Source of the DNA: Candidatus Moraniibacteriota bacterium
GTDB taxonomy: Bacteria > Patescibacteriota > Minisyncoccia > Moranbacterales > UBA1568
DNA: 64,000 bases
NCBI GenBank assembly: GCA_023261645.1
Contig: JAHFOO010000001.1
Span: 181,047-245,046, forward strand
Reading direction: 5' to 3'
The translations under genes were made by a program, and so were the position numbers. Positions 27,726-36,940 of this stretch are shown here, in pieces; position 1 is the first letter of the stretch, and every line of letters starts with the position of its first letter. Below the pieces are notes generated by a model. It was not told where the DNA came from. It searched no databases and saw only the letters and a program-made list of their open reading frames with translations.

Positions 27726-29321
27726 ATGTATGATATCGTGATAAAAAATGGAATGATTATCGATGGCAGTGGTCGTCCGATGTATCGTTCCGATATCGCC
27801 ATAAAAGAAGGCCGTATCGCTTCGATCGGTGATTTGGCGCATACGGAAGCACACAGAGTGATAGATGCGCAAGGGCAATATGTCGCCCCTGGATTTATCG
27901 ATGTCAACAATCACTCCGATACGTATTGGCAACTTTTCACAGAGCCTGGTATGGAGAGTCTTCTCTATCAGGGTGTGACCACTATCATCGGTGGAAATTC
28001 TGGAGCATCGCTTGCTCCGCTCGCGAATCCTGATATCATCCGTTCCATTCAAAAATGGACCGATGTAGAAAAAATCAATTTCAACTGGCTTTCGATGAAA
28101 GACTTCCTTCAGGAAGTGAGGCGACGCAGATTGGCGGTCAATTTCGCCACCCTCGTGGGACACGGTACGATCCGTCGCGGTGCTATGCAGGATAAGACTC
28201 GTACGATCACGCCTGATGAAATCGAGGTGATGCAAAAAATGCTGAAGAAAAGCATAAAAGAAGGTGCTATCGGATTGTCCACCGGACTCGTGTATACACA
28301 TGCGCGCGGAGCGAGGACACGAGAACTTGCCACGCTTGCGAGAACAGCAGTGTCTCTCGGCGGGGTGTATGCGACGTATGTACGTGATGAAGGTGAAGAT
28401 CTCGTCAAATCGGTGGAAGAAGCCATTCTTGTGGCCCGGGATGCCGACATACCGCTTCATGTTTCACATCTCAAGGCTGTCGGGAAGAATAACTGGCATT
28501 TGATGGATGAAGCCTTCAATCTCATAGAGACGGCGGCTCTTGATGAAATAAATATTACATTCGATGTGTATCCATATACTACGACAGGATCAGTCTTGTA
28601 TACGCTTCTGCCGGAATGGGTAACAGCGGAAGGACGGAAGATGATGCTTGAACGTCTGAAAGATCCCGGAGTGAGAAATACCGTGCTCCGCGATATGCGT
28701 CAGAATGAAATAGACTATTCGCAGATCCTCATCTCATCATCACATCTGAGCAAGATGCTGTCTCGGCGGAAAATTTCGGATATCGCCGTTCTGCAAGGAA
28801 AACCTCCGGAAGAGACCGTTCTCGATTTTCTCATTGCCAGTCAGGGTCAGGCTATCGTTTCTTTTGAAGCTCTTTCAGAGAAGAATGTTTTGAAAGCTAT
28901 CCAGCACCCGTTCTCGATCATCAGTAGCAATGGTGCCGGGTATTCGATAGCGCATGCAAAGACGGGAGAATTGGTTCATCCGCGTAATTTTGGCACTTTT
29001 CCGAAAGTATTTTCTGAATATGTACGCAAACAAAAAGCTTTGAGCTGGGAAGAAGCGGTGCACAAGATGAGTGGCAAGCCGGCTGTCAAATTTCAACTTG
29101 AAGAAAGAGGACTCTTGCAACAGGGATATTTCGCTGATATAGTAGTGTTCCAACCAGAGACAATCACTGATCGTGCCACGATGGAAGATCCCTATCAATA
29201 TGCGACTGGTATGTCTTTCGTGATTGTCAACGGATCCTTTGCTATCGAAAATGGTGCACTCACCTCTGATGAACGATATGGTGTAGTACTTGAGAAGAGC
29301 AAGGGTTGGTTTGAATGGTAA
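27726..29321 (+). CDS. amidohydrolase-family D-aminoacylase (N-acyl-D-amino-acid deacylase)
   Basis: MYDIVIKNGMIIDGSG ... PGFIDVNNHSD metal-binding HxH region; 531 aa typical of the family. Confidence 0.8.
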   Translation: MYDIVIKNGMIIDGSGRPMYRSDIAIKEGRIASIGDLAHTEAHRVIDAQGQYVAPGFIDVNNHSDTYWQLFTEPGMESLLYQGVTTIIGGNSGASLAPLANPDIIRSIQKWTDVEKINFNWLSMKDFLQEVRRRRLAVNFATLVGHGTIRRGAMQDKTRTITPDEIEVMQKMLKKSIKEGAIGLSTGLVYTHARGARTRELATLARTAVSLGGVYATYVRDEGEDLVKSVEEAILVARDADIPLHVSHLKAVGKNNWHLMDEAFNLIETAALDEINITFDVYPYTTTGSVLYTLLPEWVTAEGRKMMLERLKDPGVRNTVLRDMRQNEIDYSQILISSSHLSKMLSRRKISDIAVLQGKPPEETVLDFLIASQGQAIVSFEALSEKNVLKAIQHPFSIISSNGAGYSIAHAKTGELVHPRNFGTFPKVFSEYVRKQKALSWEEAVHKMSGKPAVKFQLEERGLLQQGYFADIVVFQPETITDRATMEDPYQYATGMSFVIVNGSFAIENGALTSDERYGVVLEKSKGWFEW

Positions 29322-30733
29322 GTCCACATATGATTCAAGAATCTTTTTTCAAGAATAAACGTATCACTGTGTTCGGCCTGGGAATGAATATGGGTGGTAT
29401 CGGAACGGTGAAATTTCTCATAGAGCAGGGAGTACGCGAAGTGATCGTGACCGATATAAAGAAACGCGAAGAACTCGGATCCGCTCTGGAGAAATTGGCG
29501 AAATACAAGAATGTGACATATATTCTCGGACAACATCGGCCGGAGGATTTTGTCCGTGTAGATATGGTTATCAAAAATCCGGTGATTCCATGGACCAATG
29601 AGTACGTGAAGTTGGCAGAAAAAAATGATGTTCCTGTCGTAATGGACTCAAGTATTTTTTTCTCCCTTTGTAAAGCGCCGATTATCGGAGTGACCGGAAC
29701 AAAAGGCAAGACGACGACAGCGACATTGATTGCACACATATTGGAAAAATCCGGTAAGAAGGTGGTGCGGGTCGGCATCGGTCAAGTCGGTGTTCTTTCT
29801 CTGCTCGGAAAAATCACGCCTGAGAGCGTCGTCGTTTTTGAGCTTTCTTCGTGGCGTCTTTCCGCATTGAAATATATACAGAAGAGTCCTCATATAGCGG
29901 TTTTCACCAATATTTACCCCGATCACCTCAACTATTACAAATCGATGGAGAGTTATATGGCTGATAAGAGGAACATTTTTCTTTTTCAGAAGAAGAATGA
30001 TATAGTCATTGCCAATGCTGAGAATGAAGCTGTTCGCAATCTCGTGCAAGATGCACCAGGTCAGATTGTCTGGTTTGGATCAAGTGATGAAGTCTATGGT
30101 GACAGTGTCTGGCGGGAAGATGAGACGCTTTTCATCCGTCAGAAAGGGAAACAGAGCATCCTTATTCCTCTCGAACAGGTACCACTCAAAGGAGAACATA
30201 ATATCGGAAATGTTTTGGCCTCTACACTCGCTGGTTTGGCCTCCGGATTATCCGTGGAACAGATAAGAAGCGGGATCAAGAGTTTTTCGGGAGTGGAGCA
30301 TCGTCTTGAGATGATACGGGAAAAGAACGGCATACGCTATTACAACGATACGGCTGCCACCATTCCGGAAGCGACTATTGCCGCACTGCGTTCATTTCCA
30401 GAACCGGTCATTCTCATCGCAGGAGGGAGTGATAAGAATCTGCAATTCGATTCATTGGCAGAGGAGATTTTGAATCATTCGAAAGGACTGATTCTTCTCA
30501 ATGGAAGTGCCACTGAAAAATTGATCATAGCGCTCCGGAAGCAGTTTCCGGAATTGGAGAAAAATCGATCGATTACTGTCGTGGGAACTATGGCGAAAGC
30601 AGTGGAGATGGCTTCACGTGGCGCTCACCCGGGAGACGTCGTTCTTCTCTCTCCGGGCGCGACGAGTTTCGGGATTTTCAAAAACGAATTCGATCGTGGC
30701 GAACAGTTTCGTAAGGCGGTAGAAGAGCTGTGA
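29315..30733 (+). CDS. murD: UDP-N-acetylmuramoylalanine--D-glutamate ligase
   Basis: GVTGTKGKTTTATLIAHIL Mur ligase P-loop. The N-terminal Rossmann-like domain fits MurD rather than MurC/E/F. ATGGTAA overlap with the upstream stop. Confidence 0.85.
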   Translation: MVSPHMIQESFFKNKRITVFGLGMNMGGIGTVKFLIEQGVREVIVTDIKKREELGSALEKLAKYKNVTYILGQHRPEDFVRVDMVIKNPVIPWTNEYVKLAEKNDVPVVMDSSIFFSLCKAPIIGVTGTKGKTTTATLIAHILEKSGKKVVRVGIGQVGVLSLLGKITPESVVVFELSSWRLSALKYIQKSPHIAVFTNIYPDHLNYYKSMESYMADKRNIFLFQKKNDIVIANAENEAVRNLVQDAPGQIVWFGSSDEVYGDSVWREDETLFIRQKGKQSILIPLEQVPLKGEHNIGNVLASTLAGLASGLSVEQIRSGIKSFSGVEHRLEMIREKNGIRYYNDTAATIPEATIAALRSFPEPVILIAGGSDKNLQFDSLAEEILNHSKGLILLNGSATEKLIIALRKQFPELEKNRSITVVGTMAKAVEMASRGAHPGDVVLLSPGATSFGIFKNEFDRGEQFRKAVEEL

Positions 30734-30784
30734 TGAACATTTCTTCGCAGGAGAAGTCGATCTGAACCGTTTATTTTTGTGCCC

Positions 30785-30831
30785 TTGACGTTTCAAACAA
30801 GAGGGTGTACTGTATACCCATAGAGGGTATA
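30785..30831 (+). promoter_or_regulatory. putative promoter (-35 TTGACG) overlapped by a perfect inverted repeat TATACCC-ATAGA-GGGTATA and a second near-palindrome GGGTGTAC/GTATACCC: candidate operator for the downstream CsoR-family repressor
   Basis: Perfect 7-bp inverted repeat at 30813-30831, 19 bp upstream of the repressor ATG. CsoR-family operators are GC-containing pseudo-palindromes. Confidence 0.55.
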
Positions 30832-30849
30832 TTTTTTTGTTCTATTTAT

Positions 30850-31107
30850 ATGGCAGTCACCAAAAAATCAGTGAAAGTATCGCCTATTCTTTCGCGCATC
30901 GCACGTATCGAAGGGCAATTGAGAGGTGTACGCCGTATGATAGAAGAGAAGAATGATTGTCTTTCAGTCATCACTCAAATCACAGCTATCCGTGAAGCGG
31001 TGGCTATGCTCGGGGTGGAGCTTCTCAAAGATGATATTTCCTGTAAGTGGGACGGCAAGAAGAAAATTGATGAGGCCTATCTCAAATCTCTTTTCAAAAT
31101 GCAGTAG
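30850..31107 (+). CDS. CsoR/RcnR/FrmR-family (DUF156) metal- or persulfide-sensing transcriptional repressor, 85 aa
   Basis: RIEGQLRGVRRMIEE..DC..VITQI signature of the CsoR family. The sensing positions appear to be Cys-Asp-Cys rather than the Cu(I) Cys-His-Cys triad. ATG at 30850 chosen. Confidence 0.8.
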   Translation: MAVTKKSVKVSPILSRIARIEGQLRGVRRMIEEKNDCLSVITQITAIREAVAMLGVELLKDDISCKWDGKKKIDEAYLKSLFKMQ

Positions 31108-31143
31108 TCCTTGAGTAAATGGTAACCAAAAGGAGAAACAAAT

Positions 31144-31959
31144 ATGAATAAGTACCTTGCCAATATTGATTCTCATTCGCATGCGCTCGTTTTGGGCGGG
31201 AGCGGTGGTATCGGATCGGAAATTGCCCGTGCTCTTGTCGCGAATGGTATCAAGAAATTGACCATTACCTATAGTGGCAATCAGGCCAAAGCGGAAGAAG
31301 TTGCGAATAAGCTCAAAGCTTCCGGTGCGGAGGTGTATGTGGCCCATGTCTCGGAGCGTACCGATGAGACTGAAGACGATTTCAAACGGATGCTTGAAGA
31401 CGCTGTCTTGGCACTCGGTGAAGAGATCACTCTTTTGGTCGACAGTATTGGTATTTCACCGAATACCGATTTGAGAGACCAAACACTCAACACCGGCGTT
31501 TCTGCTGATGGGAAGAAAATTCCCGGATGGAATGAAGTCTATGCGGTTAATGTATTCGGCTCTTTCATTTCAACACGAGCGGTTCTTGAACGGATGCGGG
31601 AAAAAAATATCAAAGGTTCTGTAGTGCTCATCACTTCGACCAATGGTATCAATTCTTGGGCGGCCTATTCGATGCACTATGATTCATCCAAAGCAGCGAT
31701 GGCGATGCAGATACTTGGATTCGCTTCTGAATATGCTAAGTATGGTATCAGAGTGAACGGTATCGCACCAGGCTGGATCAATACGGGTATGAATGACTCG
31801 TTACCGAATGGGGAGTATGAAAGCGAATGTGCTAAAATCTGGCTCGGTCGTTTCGCTGAACCATCTGAGGTGGCGACAGTTGTCGTATTCCTTGCCGGCT
31901 CAGGAGCTTCATATATCACCGGTCAGAACATTATGGTTGACGGTGGTTATCGAGGATAG
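31144..31959 (+). CDS. short-chain dehydrogenase/reductase (SDR) family oxidoreductase
   Basis: GGSGGIGSEIA cofactor motif; YxxxK catalytic region (YSMHYDSSKAA). Confidence 0.85.
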   Translation: MNKYLANIDSHSHALVLGGSGGIGSEIARALVANGIKKLTITYSGNQAKAEEVANKLKASGAEVYVAHVSERTDETEDDFKRMLEDAVLALGEEITLLVDSIGISPNTDLRDQTLNTGVSADGKKIPGWNEVYAVNVFGSFISTRAVLERMREKNIKGSVVLITSTNGINSWAAYSMHYDSSKAAMAMQILGFASEYAKYGIRVNGIAPGWINTGMNDSLPNGEYESECAKIWLGRFAEPSEVATVVVFLAGSGASYITGQNIMVDGGYRG

Positions 31960-31967
31960 TTCAAAGA

Positions 31968-32011
31968 AAGGAGATACATTATAACAATAGTGTCGTCTCC
32001 TCCTTTTTTTC
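31968..32011 (+). terminator. probable terminator after the SDR gene
   Basis: Imperfect hairpin GGAGATACA...TGTCGTCTCC followed by a T7 run. Confidence 0.5.
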
Positions 32012-32040
32012 AAGAAATAATATTTTTTTCATAAAATTGT

Positions 32041-32961
32041 ATGTACGATGTAGTGATTATCGGTGGAGGCCCGGGAGGTGTGGCGGCAGGAGTGTATTCA
32101 GCTCGCAAGCAGATGAAGACACTTTTTTTGACAGAGAATTTTCAGAGTCAGTCAGCTGTGTCGGCGAGTATCGAGAATTGGATCGGTACAGTGACTATAC
32201 CTGGTTTTGAATTCGCACAATCGTTGGAGAAACATTTACGTGCACAAGAGGGAATTGAAATCGTTACCGGTATACGGGCGACAGGTGTCACCGAACAGGA
32301 TGGACATTACATTGTGGCTGTTTCCGACGGGAAAGAATATGAAACAAAAACCATCATCATCGCTACGGGCGGACGGCATCGTCATTTGGATATCTCGGGC
32401 GAGGAAAAGTTTATCGGCAAGGGTGTCGTTTTTTGCTCGACGTGTGACGCTCCGTTTTTCCGTAACAAAAATGTTGCCGTGGTAGGCGGTGGCAATGCCG
32501 GACTGGAGGCGGTGGAAGATTTGCTTCCGTATGCATCTCTTATCACACTTCTTATCCGTTCGGAGATTTTGAAGGGAGATCCGATAACACAGAAAAAAGT
32601 GCTTGCTTCAGAAAAAGTGAATGTTCTCTATAATGCCGTGCCACAATCGATTCTCGGTGAAACGAGTGTCGCCGGGGTTGTTTACAAAGATGCGGTGACA
32701 AGCGAGGAGAAAGTACTGGAAGTCAACGGAGTTTTTGTAGAAATCGGAATGATACCGAATACAGAATTTGTGAAAGGGCTGGTCACTTTGAATGAACGGG
32801 AGGAGATCGTTCTTGATCACCGGACGAAAGAGACATCCAAGCCGGGAATCTTCGCGACCGGGGACGCCACTGATGCTCCTTACAAACAAAACAACATCTC
32901 TGCCGGCGATGGTGTCGTAGCCGCTCTTTCAGCGTATGACTATTTGAGAAAACGAAAATGA
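32041..32961 (+). CDS. trxB: thioredoxin-disulfide reductase
   Basis: VVIIGGGPGG FAD motif; redox-active CSTC; GGGNAG NADPH motif. Confidence 0.9.
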   Translation: MYDVVIIGGGPGGVAAGVYSARKQMKTLFLTENFQSQSAVSASIENWIGTVTIPGFEFAQSLEKHLRAQEGIEIVTGIRATGVTEQDGHYIVAVSDGKEYETKTIIIATGGRHRHLDISGEEKFIGKGVVFCSTCDAPFFRNKNVAVVGGGNAGLEAVEDLLPYASLITLLIRSEILKGDPITQKKVLASEKVNVLYNAVPQSILGETSVAGVVYKDAVTSEEKVLEVNGVFVEIGMIPNTEFVKGLVTLNEREEIVLDHRTKETSKPGIFATGDATDAPYKQNNISAGDGVVAALSAYDYLRKRK

Positions 32962-33010
32962 TTCCCGTTCTTATCGCACGGAGTCTTTTCTTCCAATACG
33001 AACGATGTGG

Positions 33011-33039
33011 TTGACAAGAGAGTAAAAAAGTGCTATACT
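33011..33039 (+). promoter_or_regulatory. consensus sigma-70 promoter (TTGACA, 17 bp, TATACT)
   Basis: -35 at 33011-33016 and -10 at 33034-33039. Confidence 0.6.
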
Positions 33040-33045
33040 GGAAAA

Positions 33046-33092
33046 GTAATGAAAGCGGGTGTTTCCTTCAGGAAGACACCCGTTTTCTTTTT
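33046..33092 (+). ncRNA. candidate small RNA or leader: the promoter is followed within about 10 nt by a strong hairpin plus U-run
   Basis: Hairpin CGGGTGT-TTCCT...AGGAA-G-ACACCCG at 33056-33082 and T-run at 33083-33092. Further hairpins up to 33350 precede murA. Confidence 0.35.
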
Positions 33093-33375
33093 CCAAGCGA
33101 GAACAAGATGAGATGTTGTTTTCTCTTGGGGAAAAGTTCTTTGAAAATCAAAACCTGTCTGCCGACAGGCAGGTAAAAATAAAAAACAAGAAACCTTGTT
33201 TTCAAAAAAAATAAGACAAATTCCTTTGTCTTCGCCTTTCGAAAGAGAGGCCAGAGAGGCCGTATCGATAACATATTATCCGTACGGTCTTTTCGTTTTT
33301 TTTATGGAACAGACTCTGATTTTTCCAGTTGGCGCAGTATTGATTTAAAGCTTGTTCTGGGCTATACTCATCTAT

Positions 33376-34665
33376 ATGGAAGTTTTTGAAATCGAAGGGG
33401 GAAAACGGCTTAAAGGTGAGATTCCAGTCAGCGGATCCAAGAACGCAACGACACCGATCCTGGCAGCCACTCTCCTGACGAAAGAAACCTGTGTGCTTTC
33501 CAACTTGCCTCTTATTGAGGATGTTTTCTGTATGCTTGAGATTTTACAGAGTATGGGGGCGAAGGTGGAATGGCGTGGTAAACGGACGGTAGCTATCACA
33601 GCCAAAGATATCGATCCGACTAAGATAAATGTTTCTGCAGTGAAAAAAATTCGTTCATCTATCCTGTTGCTTGGATCACTTTCGGCTCGTTTTGAACTTT
33701 TCTCATTCTATCATCCTGGCGGTTGCGTAATCGGAGCGAGGCCGGTAGGTACTCATTTTGATGCACTCCAAAAACTCGGGGTAAAAATATCTTCTCGCGG
33801 GAAGAAGTATGTGGTAGACGCCAGCGGTCGGAAAGCAGCTCGGATTGTTTTGCAGGAAATGTCAGTGACAGCGACAGAGAACGCGATGATGCTTGCGGCC
33901 GGTATCCCGGGGAAAACGATTATCAAAATCGCTGCCACCGAACCGCACGTAGAAGATCTCGGAAAATTTCTTGTGATGATAGGTGCGAAGATCAAGGGTC
34001 TCGGAACACATACTCTCGAAATAGAAGGTTCGAATGCGCTCTGTGGCGGGAAGCACACCATCATTCCTGATGCCAATGAAGCTGCAACATTTCTCATTCT
34101 GGGTGCGGCCACAGGAAGTACTCTCACTGTCAAGAATGCTCGCGAAGAGCATCTCGATCTTGTGTTGGAAAAAATGCGTGAATACGGTGTGCGTTTTCTG
34201 GTAGAAAAGAATAGGATCACTGTTCTCCCGGCAAAAAAATTAAGAGCAGTCGCCAAAATCGATACTCGTACATATCCTGGTGTACCGACCGATGTGCAGG
34301 CGCCTTTTGGAGTTCTTGCGACGCAAGCAGAGGGGGAGACGCTCATACATGACTCACTCTTTGAAGGACGCTTCAATTATGTGCCCGAATTGCTGAAGAT
34401 GGGCGCGCAGGCTACGGTACTCAATCCTCATCAAGTGGTGGTACACGGCAAAACGGAGCTTCATGGTACCGTGATAAAGAGTTATGACTTACGTGCAGGG
34501 GCAGCTCTCATCATCGCAGCATTGTGCGCGAACGGGAAAACAATCATCGAAGATATCTATCAGGTAGATCGTGGTTATGAGAGGATAGAAGATCGTTTGC
34601 AAGAAATCGGTGCGCGGATCAGAAGAGTCGAGGCAGAAGAGATATGTAGAGTGACAGAACCATAA
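33376..34665 (+). CDS. murA: UDP-N-acetylglucosamine 1-carboxyvinyltransferase
   Basis: FEIEGGKRLKGEIPVSGSKNA conserved MurA N-terminus; active-site Cys region present. ATG 33376 chosen. Confidence 0.93.
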   Translation: MEVFEIEGGKRLKGEIPVSGSKNATTPILAATLLTKETCVLSNLPLIEDVFCMLEILQSMGAKVEWRGKRTVAITAKDIDPTKINVSAVKKIRSSILLLGSLSARFELFSFYHPGGCVIGARPVGTHFDALQKLGVKISSRGKKYVVDASGRKAARIVLQEMSVTATENAMMLAAGIPGKTIIKIAATEPHVEDLGKFLVMIGAKIKGLGTHTLEIEGSNALCGGKHTIIPDANEAATFLILGAATGSTLTVKNAREEHLDLVLEKMREYGVRFLVEKNRITVLPAKKLRAVAKIDTRTYPGVPTDVQAPFGVLATQAEGETLIHDSLFEGRFNYVPELLKMGAQATVLNPHQVVVHGKTELHGTVIKSYDLRAGAALIIAALCANGKTIIEDIYQVDRGYERIEDRLQEIGARIRRVEAEEICRVTEP

Positions 34666-34714
34666 AGAGAATCGATTCGAAGTTGAGAAGTATCATAATA
34701 TTTCACTGTCAGAT

Positions 34715-35731
34715 ATGAAAGCGATGTTTTTACGAAAAATCGGCATTGATCTCGGAACGACAAATACACTGGTCTTTGTTCCGGGTCAAGGCGTGGTGAT
34801 CAATGAGCCTTCTGTTGTGGCGATTTCTTTGCTTGAGAATAAAGTGATTGCTGTCGGAAATGAAGCCAAAGAAATGCTTGGACGCACTCCGGATACGATT
34901 GTAGCCAGCCAGCCACTCAAAGATGGAGCTATCGCTGACTATCGCGTCACGGAAGCGATGTTGAAATATTTTTTGAATCGAGTGAGTGGGCGGTTGCGTT
35001 TTTTTCGTCCGGAAGTCGTCCTTTCTATCCCTGCAGGAGTGACATCGACGGAGCGTCGTGCTGTTATCGATGCCGCTCTCAAAGCCGGTGCCAAAACAGC
35101 TTATGTCGTAAAAGAGCCGATTTTGGCAGCTATCGGAGCGGGTATTCCTATTCACGCAGCACAAGGGAATATGATCATCAACATCGGCGGAGGAACGTCG
35201 GAAATTGCCATCATCTCATTGGGAGGAATTGTTGCAGCTCACAGTGCCCGTGTCGGTGGCAATCGTATCGATCAGGCGATTTCTGATTATATAAAACGTA
35301 AGTACAGTCTTGCTATCGGAGATCGGACGGCTGAGGAGATCAAGATCAAGATTGGTTCTGCCATCGCACAGGTGAAAGAAGATCATATCGAAGTGCGTGG
35401 ACGTGATCTGATGGGAGGGTTGCCGAAAACAGTCGCTATTTCTTCGAATGAAGTGACCGAGGCTATCCAGGATGAATTGCGCGAGATCGTCAATGTGATC
35501 AAACAAGTCTTGCAGGAGACGCCACCGGAGCTTGCGGCTGATATTATGGACAAGGGTATGGTGCTTTCCGGCGGAACGGCACAGCTGAAATATCTGGATC
35601 AGCTCATATCAAAGACCATCAATGTACCGTGTTATGTGGCTGACGATCCTGCATTCTGTGTCGTGAAGGGTACCGGTATCGTACTTGAGAATTTGGAAGT
35701 GTATAAGCGAAGCATTATGCTGGCAAAATAA
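34715..35731 (+). CDS. mreB: rod shape-determining protein MreB (actin homologue)
   Basis: IGIDLGTTNTLVFV phosphate-1 motif; full-length actin-like ATPase. Confidence 0.93.
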   Translation: MKAMFLRKIGIDLGTTNTLVFVPGQGVVINEPSVVAISLLENKVIAVGNEAKEMLGRTPDTIVASQPLKDGAIADYRVTEAMLKYFLNRVSGRLRFFRPEVVLSIPAGVTSTERRAVIDAALKAGAKTAYVVKEPILAAIGAGIPIHAAQGNMIINIGGGTSEIAIISLGGIVAAHSARVGGNRIDQAISDYIKRKYSLAIGDRTAEEIKIKIGSAIAQVKEDHIEVRGRDLMGGLPKTVAISSNEVTEAIQDELREIVNVIKQVLQETPPELAADIMDKGMVLSGGTAQLKYLDQLISKTINVPCYVADDPAFCVVKGTGIVLENLEVYKRSIMLAK

Positions 35732-35805
35732 TCAGCTAACAACTGACAGCTAACAGTCGGCGGTGAAGATTGAGTTTTTGTTAATTGTTTTTTGTTAACT
35801 GTTCT

Positions 35806-36918
35806 ATGATCATAGGTATCGATGCATCCAGGGCATTTCTGAAACGACGGACGGGGATTGAAGAATATGCCTATCAAACGATAAAGCATTTACGCAGTGT
35901 CGTCGCTGAGACAGACACTGTTGTTTTGTATGTAAGACAGGAAATTTCTTGGGAGAACAGAAGAATAAAATTTGTTTTTCCGGAGATTGATTTTTCTCTC
36001 CCTTCGAACTGGAGCATACGAGGAATCTGGGCGCCACGATTTTGGACTCAGATAGCGCTTTCTATCGAAATGATACGCAACCGGCCGGACGTGTTGTTCA
36101 TTCCGGCACATACGATGCCAATCATTCATCCGAAGAAGACGCTTGTGACTGTTCATGGTTTGGAATATGAGTTTTGTAAAGGCAGCTATTCATTTTTGGA
36201 TCGTCTGTATATGCGGTTGTCTATCCGTTTCTCGTGTTTTGCTTCAGAGACAGTTATTTGCGTTTCAGAAAATACGAAGAAAGATGTCATACGTTTGTAT
36301 GCCGTCCCGGAGGACAAGATCCACGTGATATATGAGGGGTATGAAAAACAGTTAACAGATAATAGTCAACAGTTAACGGAGAAACAAGAAAAGCCTTACT
36401 TGTTATTTATTGGCAGATTGGAGGAACGGAAGAATATCGTTCGAATCATCGAAGCGTTTGATGTTTTGAAGAGAAAATATGATATCCCTCATCGGTTGAT
36501 ACTGATTGGGAAACCAGGATACGGCTATGAGAGAATAGCATTCTCCATCCTGCACTCTCCATCTTCTATTTACATTACAGAAATGGGATATGTAAGCGAA
36601 GAAGAGAAGTGGAAGTTGCTCAGAGGCGCGGATATCTTTTTGTTTCCATCGCTTTATGAGGGATTTGGTATCCCTGTTCTGGAAGCACAGAGTGTTCGTG
36701 TGCCGGTGGTGACGTCGGACGTTTCGTCTCTTCCGGAAGTGGGTGGCGAAGGGGCGGTATATGTGGATCCGGAGAGTGTGGAAAGTATCGTGGAAGGCGT
36801 TCGGATGGTGCTTTCGGATAAGGAGTTCCGAGATGGTATAATAGAAAAAGCTACCAAAAATGTGAGTCGTTTCAGTTGGTCACAGTGTGCAGAAGAAATT
36901 ACTCATCTTTTCGTATAG
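35806..36918 (+). CDS. family 4 glycosyltransferase
   Basis: EGFGIPVLEAQSVRVPVVTSDVSSLPEVGGEGAVYVDP GT4 C-terminal motif; ATG 35806 chosen. Confidence 0.85.
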   Translation: MIIGIDASRAFLKRRTGIEEYAYQTIKHLRSVVAETDTVVLYVRQEISWENRRIKFVFPEIDFSLPSNWSIRGIWAPRFWTQIALSIEMIRNRPDVLFIPAHTMPIIHPKKTLVTVHGLEYEFCKGSYSFLDRLYMRLSIRFSCFASETVICVSENTKKDVIRLYAVPEDKIHVIYEGYEKQLTDNSQQLTEKQEKPYLLFIGRLEERKNIVRIIEAFDVLKRKYDIPHRLILIGKPGYGYERIAFSILHSPSSIYITEMGYVSEEEKWKLLRGADIFLFPSLYEGFGIPVLEAQSVRVPVVTSDVSSLPEVGGEGAVYVDPESVESIVEGVRMVLSDKEFRDGIIEKATKNVSRFSWSQCAEEITHLFV

Positions 36919-36940
36919 TATGGAAATACAACAAAAGGAG

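Noticed and set aside
33068-33274. 68-aa minus-strand ORF in the trxB-murA intergenic region, and a 20-codon plus-strand mini-ORF MKAGVSFRKTPVFFFQARTR
   Set aside because: The region is dominated by hairpins and T-runs; the ORFs have no SD and no conservation clues. It is treated as non-coding structured RNA instead.
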